NCBI GenBank assembly: GCA_010093605.1
Contig: MU004182.1
Span: 248,001-312,000, forward strand
Source: Lophium mytilinum
Lineage: Eukaryota
DNA: 64,000 bases
Reading direction: 5' to 3'
Shown: in pieces, positions 59,244 through 64,000 of the stretch
How positions within the stretch are numbered: the first letter of the stretch is position 1
Layout of the letters: each line of letters starts with the position of its first letter
The notes under the pieces: model-generated
Told to the model about the DNA's origin: nothing
Database searches by the model: none
What the model saw: the letters and a program-made list of their open reading frames with translations, nothing else
Position numbers and translations under genes: made by a program

Positions 59244-61046
59244 TCATGCGCCCAACTCCTTATTGGGTTGTAAACGGAAGTTGTTCGTGTGCAGTCCTTT
59301 CAGTACATCTTCTCCATCTTTCGTCAGATCTGGCTTTCCAATCGGCGTTGTTGCTCCTGTGAAGAAACGCGGTTGCCATTCTGAATTTCTCGCTTTCCGG
59401 TCTGCTGCCTTCTCCCGTTGACGCTCCTCGAGCTCTTGCTTCAGCTGCGTCGCGAGCCCGAATTGTTTGTTGAGAATCGCATCAGTGACGCCAGCCCAAA
59501 ACTTTCGGGATTCATTGCTGAGTTGATCCTCAATCGGTGGAACCAGTTTCGCAACAGGGAAAAGGGGGTTCAAGTCTATGAGGAGAAGTTTTTCCTGAAA
59601 TGAAGTGTTAGCAATATCTTTTCGTGGCATTGGATATATTACGCACTGCCGTTTTCGCAAATGCCTGACTCCCAAGAGTGTAATAAACCTTGTCCTGCCA
59701 ATTTCCTTCGATTCTACCCAGGACGTCTTTGTCTGGCACATCTTTTATCTTGGCCTTGGTATCATTCTCGGGGTCGTACGTGAATATGACGCCTTGAACC
59801 TTATTCTGTGTTCGTCCTAGCCAGCCCTCTTCGAGATATTCCAGGATGACTTTTATTCGAGTTTTCGCGCAAGTAACGTAGCAAGTGTCGGCAACGCTTA
59901 CGCTGAGAGAGCCTAATGTTTATTGTCAGTATTTGATCCATCAGTAAAACGAGTAACTCAGACGCACCTCTCAGTAGGCCTCCTAAATGAGCAGCCGGAT
60001 GAGTTAACTGATATTGCTCGCCGCCCCAGTTTTGTAGTTCTATGAAGATGCCCAGATTGTGGGCCCCCGGAGTGACACGGATGCTGGTTCCGGTGAATTT
60101 TGCGCTCAACTGGTCGAAGCCGCGTGCAATGACTCCCTTCTCTGGGCAGTCGACAAAGAATGCTGAAACTGGCGGATGATGTGATGTTTGCTCTGTGAGG
60201 TATGAGATCCTAACGTTCTTCGTAGACTTCGTCGAGGCCGTGCTGGCGGCGCTGCTGGTGGATTTGGCGTCCGGGGCGTGTTTGATAGGCGGGGCAGTGT
60301 CTTCGACTTCCCAGTTACACTACGGGTCTGTTAGTTTTGAAGAATTTGAGGGGTATATCTTATGCGCACCCGGAAGAATTCCCCGAGCGTCGAGTTGTAG
60401 GGTTTACACGGTTTCCCTTTTACATATTTCTAGCCCGATTGTCAGTGCATATCTCGCCATGACGCGGCCATGCGTACCAAGTCCTTCGTAAACCAGAAGC
60501 GTAGCGTTCCAAGCATGCGGCCCAGGGCATCTTCCGAGTCGCCAATACTGAGAAGGTCAGCGGTTTGTAATTACAGACATAGGAGAGTGTGTGAAACCTG
60601 ATGAATGTCTCGGGTCGGTCCAAGTAGTTCCAGTATTCTAGTATCCAAATCAGATCGGGCCCTCTGGACGTGACGGGGATTGCAGCTCGACGCGGAGGAA
60701 CGGGACATACCCAGATTCGGGGTGGGCTCTAGCAGTTGGGCAGGCAGGGAAAAGCGGACAGCAGCAATATCTGCAACGCCCATAAATCTATTGTGAGGGC
60801 ACAGACATTAGCAGTGCCTTAAGACATCGAAGACGTGGACGAGCCGGCGAAGCGAGACTCGGACTGTGCCACCTACTTCCGCAGTATCCCTAGGAAGGTC
60901 CGTAGTTTCGAAGTGTCATCTGGGGCCTTCTCAACTGGGGCAGTTGCTGGGGTCGCAGCCCTCGAGGCCTCTGTTGAACTGGCGGCAGACGGAGCTGGAG
61001 ACGGCTTGACCGCCACCTCTAGAGCAGCTGGGGCCTGTTCCGCCAT
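59244..61046 (-). CDS. Oxysterol-binding protein (OSH/ORD family)
   Basis: KLRTFLGILRK|FMGVADIAAVRFSLPAQLLEP, EYWNYLDRP, KPYNSTLGEFF, the signature EQTSHHPPVSAF, and ESRKFW...KQELEERQR. At least 6 introns. Confidence 0.92.
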
Positions 61047-61782
61047 GAGGGGCACGGCGGTGTTCTGGTGGGTGAAGGCGTAGAGATGGAGGAGGCGGCA
61101 ATTCTCGAGAGTGACGGGGGGCGAGTCCGGCGTGGTGCTGTAGAGTAGCGGCGTGGAGGCGGGTGGTGGAGTGGTTGAGTGATCGAGTCGGGCGAGGAAT
61201 ACGGCCCTGGACTATAGATGACATCAACAATACAGAGCTTAGGTATCGCGCTTGGCACACACACCCTTCAGAGCACGCCTGAGACACGCTCTCCGACTCT
61301 GCGCCGGCTGCATTACAGGTGCCGGGTGGGCGCGTATCTATCGTTGTTGACCTCGAGCATTGCGCGGCATCAGGAAGCCTGGGGCCAATCAATCTTCCAC
61401 GAAGCACGCTGACGGCTAGCCATTGCATGTGCACATTGGCATGGGAACACCTCCTTGCGTCCATCTGCTCGCTATCACCTGCTCGCTATCAACGTACCCA
61501 AAGGCCCCTCGCATCCATTCCAGGGCCATTGTCACCATGACGAACCGCCAGCCTCGCGGGCACAGCCTATACGGGGTCAAGCACACATCAGAGAACCCCA
61601 AGGGCTGGTTTGTTATATAAGTTGATCAGTTACTGTGTATCGCGTCTACTTGATCATGAACAGTAGCACGAGTTATCCTCAGAGTTGCGCAAGACTCTAA
61701 TATGCCAATATACACGGGTCAAAAGAGGAACGCCTGGAGCCCAAATCGGAAAACGGTGAATAGCAGCACATAAATCCCAAGT

Positions 61783-63005
61783 CTACTTTACAAGGATAGG
61801 GGCCGATGCCCTGGCCCTTTCCGCGGCCAGGTCTGCCAGTTTCTGAAGCTTCTCGGTGCGGATTTTGCGCAAGTATCGGAACAGGAGAATGAAAAGCAAT
61901 TCGACCCTGTTTGCATTGTCAGTATCCCGCGGCGTGCATATCGGGCCCGTAGGCGGGTTGCATACCTCTCCTTGGTCATCATTAGGAATCCTTGGACTAG
62001 TAGTCCTTTCAAGATTTGTGGCCCAATACCCTTGAAGAGCCCAAGAAGGCCTTCATGTTCAATGATGAAGGACATCACCTCTATGAAACTCTTGAATGGT
62101 TTGCCGTCACGCGCTGGCGGTGGTTTCGACTGAAGGCCAACCTTGGCCACGATGAGCGGCTGGGTTGCAATCGTTGCCAGTGCTTTCGACATAGACCCTA
62201 GAACTACAGAGAGCGTGAGCTAGCGTTAGATAATGCAGTGAAGCGGCTTACTGAATGCCTCCCAGGGCCTCAAAGTCGTCTTCCCGGGGTACAATACATC
62301 CCGTAGTCGCTGATACGCGCCGTATGTGATGGCCGGATTCACGACTAGGACCAAGCTTGCCTTCAACCCCCGCCAGAGGCCTGTCCATCCATCCTCGCTA
62401 TTCACGACTTCACGACCTGTGGCTATGAGCCCTTTCCTTTCCAACTTGGATACTGTCTGTTGTCGGGTGGTTACCACGGCCACTGGGATTGTAAAAAGCT
62501 GAGCAACGGCTCCCGCGACGGCGCCCAGCGAGAGCTCAATGGCGGTACTTGGTTTGCCCTGGATCTTCTGCGAAGAGATGTAGAGCGTTCGGACTACCGT
62601 ATACCAGTAAAAGTATGCAAAGTTCGTGGATGCGACTCCGATCAGAGAGCCCGTCAAGCCGGCGTAAAGGCCTGCAACACCATCATCCCTCACAATCTTG
62701 TTTATAGCGTCTAGAGTCGAGGTGTAGTGTTCTCCATCGGCCGGGTTGGTAGGTTCTGCGGAGGGCTTGCGTTTGACTTGTACTTGGAGCCGCGTCTTGA
62801 CTCTATAGAAGTGTTAGTCTTTGGTCTAGTTTATAAGCTCGCAGTGTCCTCGACTTCCGAGGGCCATAGGATCTGTCCTTCTCCTAGCTTGATGTACTTA
62901 CATGTCCAGCGGGTAGACAATGGCATTCGCCAACACAGCACCAGACGCACCGGCTATAGCACTGCCCCAAGGGGGTAACGGCGCGATCTTGGACTGCCCA
63001 GCCAT
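61783..63005 (-). CDS. ANT1: Peroxisomal adenine nucleotide transporter (mitochondrial carrier family)
   Basis: YPLDI|VKTRLQVQ, STNFAYFYWY, IPVAVVTTRQQT, GLKASLVLVVNPAITYG and TQPLIVAKVGLQ. Three introns. Confidence 0.9.
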
Positions 63006-63671
63006 TGTTGCGGCCCGTGAGGAAGCCGTGCGGAGGAGGGAGGTTGGAGGTAACGGAAGCGGGAGACAATGGTATAGATCGTGGTTAAGTATTCATACCA
63101 AGTACTACTGATATGAAGATACGACGGAACCAAGCATGTGAGGAAAGCAAGGTGGGAAATTCTAAAAGGGAAGCGGCAACAAGAGGCATGGTTGGAGTGG
63201 TGGTTAAGCACTTCCAACCCGCTACAGCCGAGGCAATGCTCTAACGGAGGTGTCTCTTCATCACGTGCTTGGGAGCAGCTCTTTGAGATTGGAAAGTGGC
63301 TTAAGGAAAGTGTACCCTGCCTTTGATTCCTTCGGACTGCGCGGTACGTACTAATATGTCCAAGTGCTCTAGGAAGACGCGTTTGTGGATAGGTAGTCAG
63401 TCAGTTCGTGGCTCTCCAGTAGACAGAAGGGTCGAAATCAGGTGGCACAGTGGGGAGAGTTTGACAGGTCGGATACGCTAACTCGGGACTCTGGCTTCTA
63501 GGTAAAGCGTCATGCGCTAGTATGAAGCATAGACCACATTTGGCGAAGTCCGAACGTGAGCCGCAACCACAACACCCATTGGCCTGCTTATGCGAATAAC
63601 GTTGCTTTCAATGCACACAGTTCCTCGACTAGCGTTCAACAGGACCTAGCTGATGGGAGAATCGGGTGAGC

Positions 63672-64000
63672 ATGACAGACCGCGCACGGGAGCGGTTGGA
63701 GACGCTCGTCGGCGAGGTTAAGGTAGATTATTATTCTCAACGTCCATTTCCGTCTATTGATCTAACGTTGACAGAATCAAGAACGCTATCTCGCCACCGC
63801 TAGAACCAAGGACGAAGCGCTCAATCATGCACGTCTGGCCGCAGAGTTCTCCTTTAGAGCTTTCGAGCTGTCCGCGGAAAAAAACGAAAAGGCTGACCTG
63901 AAAGCTAAATTTGAAACATATCTAGATCGGGCTGAGCGGATCAAAGCAGCAAACTGCTGGCCTCTGTTGACATCCGGCAGCATCTTAGTCAATGACTCCA
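63672..64000 (+). CDS. Probable calpain-like protease PalB/Rim13, N-terminal MIT-like region (runs off window end)
   Basis: MTDRARERLETLVGEVK|NQERYLATARTKDEALNHARLAAEFSFRAFELSAEKNEKADLKAKFETYLDRAERIKAANCW. Intron ~63723-63774. The catalytic domain is not visible in the window. Confidence 0.55.

Overview
Eukaryotic DNA from a filamentous ascomycete (Pezizomycotina, probably Dothideomycetes; inferred from gene families, short GT-AG introns with CTRAC-type branch sites, and RIP-like mutation). It holds about 27 mostly conserved intron-containing genes: HSDL2-like SDR, GST-kappa, a Myb-like factor, APA2, NCE102-like, class II DAHP synthase, HYPK, fasciclin, TRM734/WDR6, PBDC1, a STE6-like ABC exporter, TUM1, LETM1-like, NAB3, PTH4/ICT1, CWH43, a PIF1-like helicase, an MDR dehydrogenase with a divergent Zn2Cys6 factor, an OSH protein, ANT1 and the start of PalB. 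There is also one intron-containing tRNA(GCC) with an atypical acceptor stem and a frameshifted APH-family gene. The stand-out region is a ~7 kb island (28.1-34.95 kb) between STE6 and TUM1. It contains an intact histone-H1-like/BRCT gene bracketed by 130-bp and 141-bp tandem arrays that share a CCGTCTGAGGTG core in opposite orientations, a 3x hairpin repeat downstream of the stop codon, and a divergently oriented, RIP-inactivated chimeric paralogue with a CxxC-x22-CxxC finger. All calls come from reading the sequence by eye; no database searches were run and exon boundaries were inferred manually.
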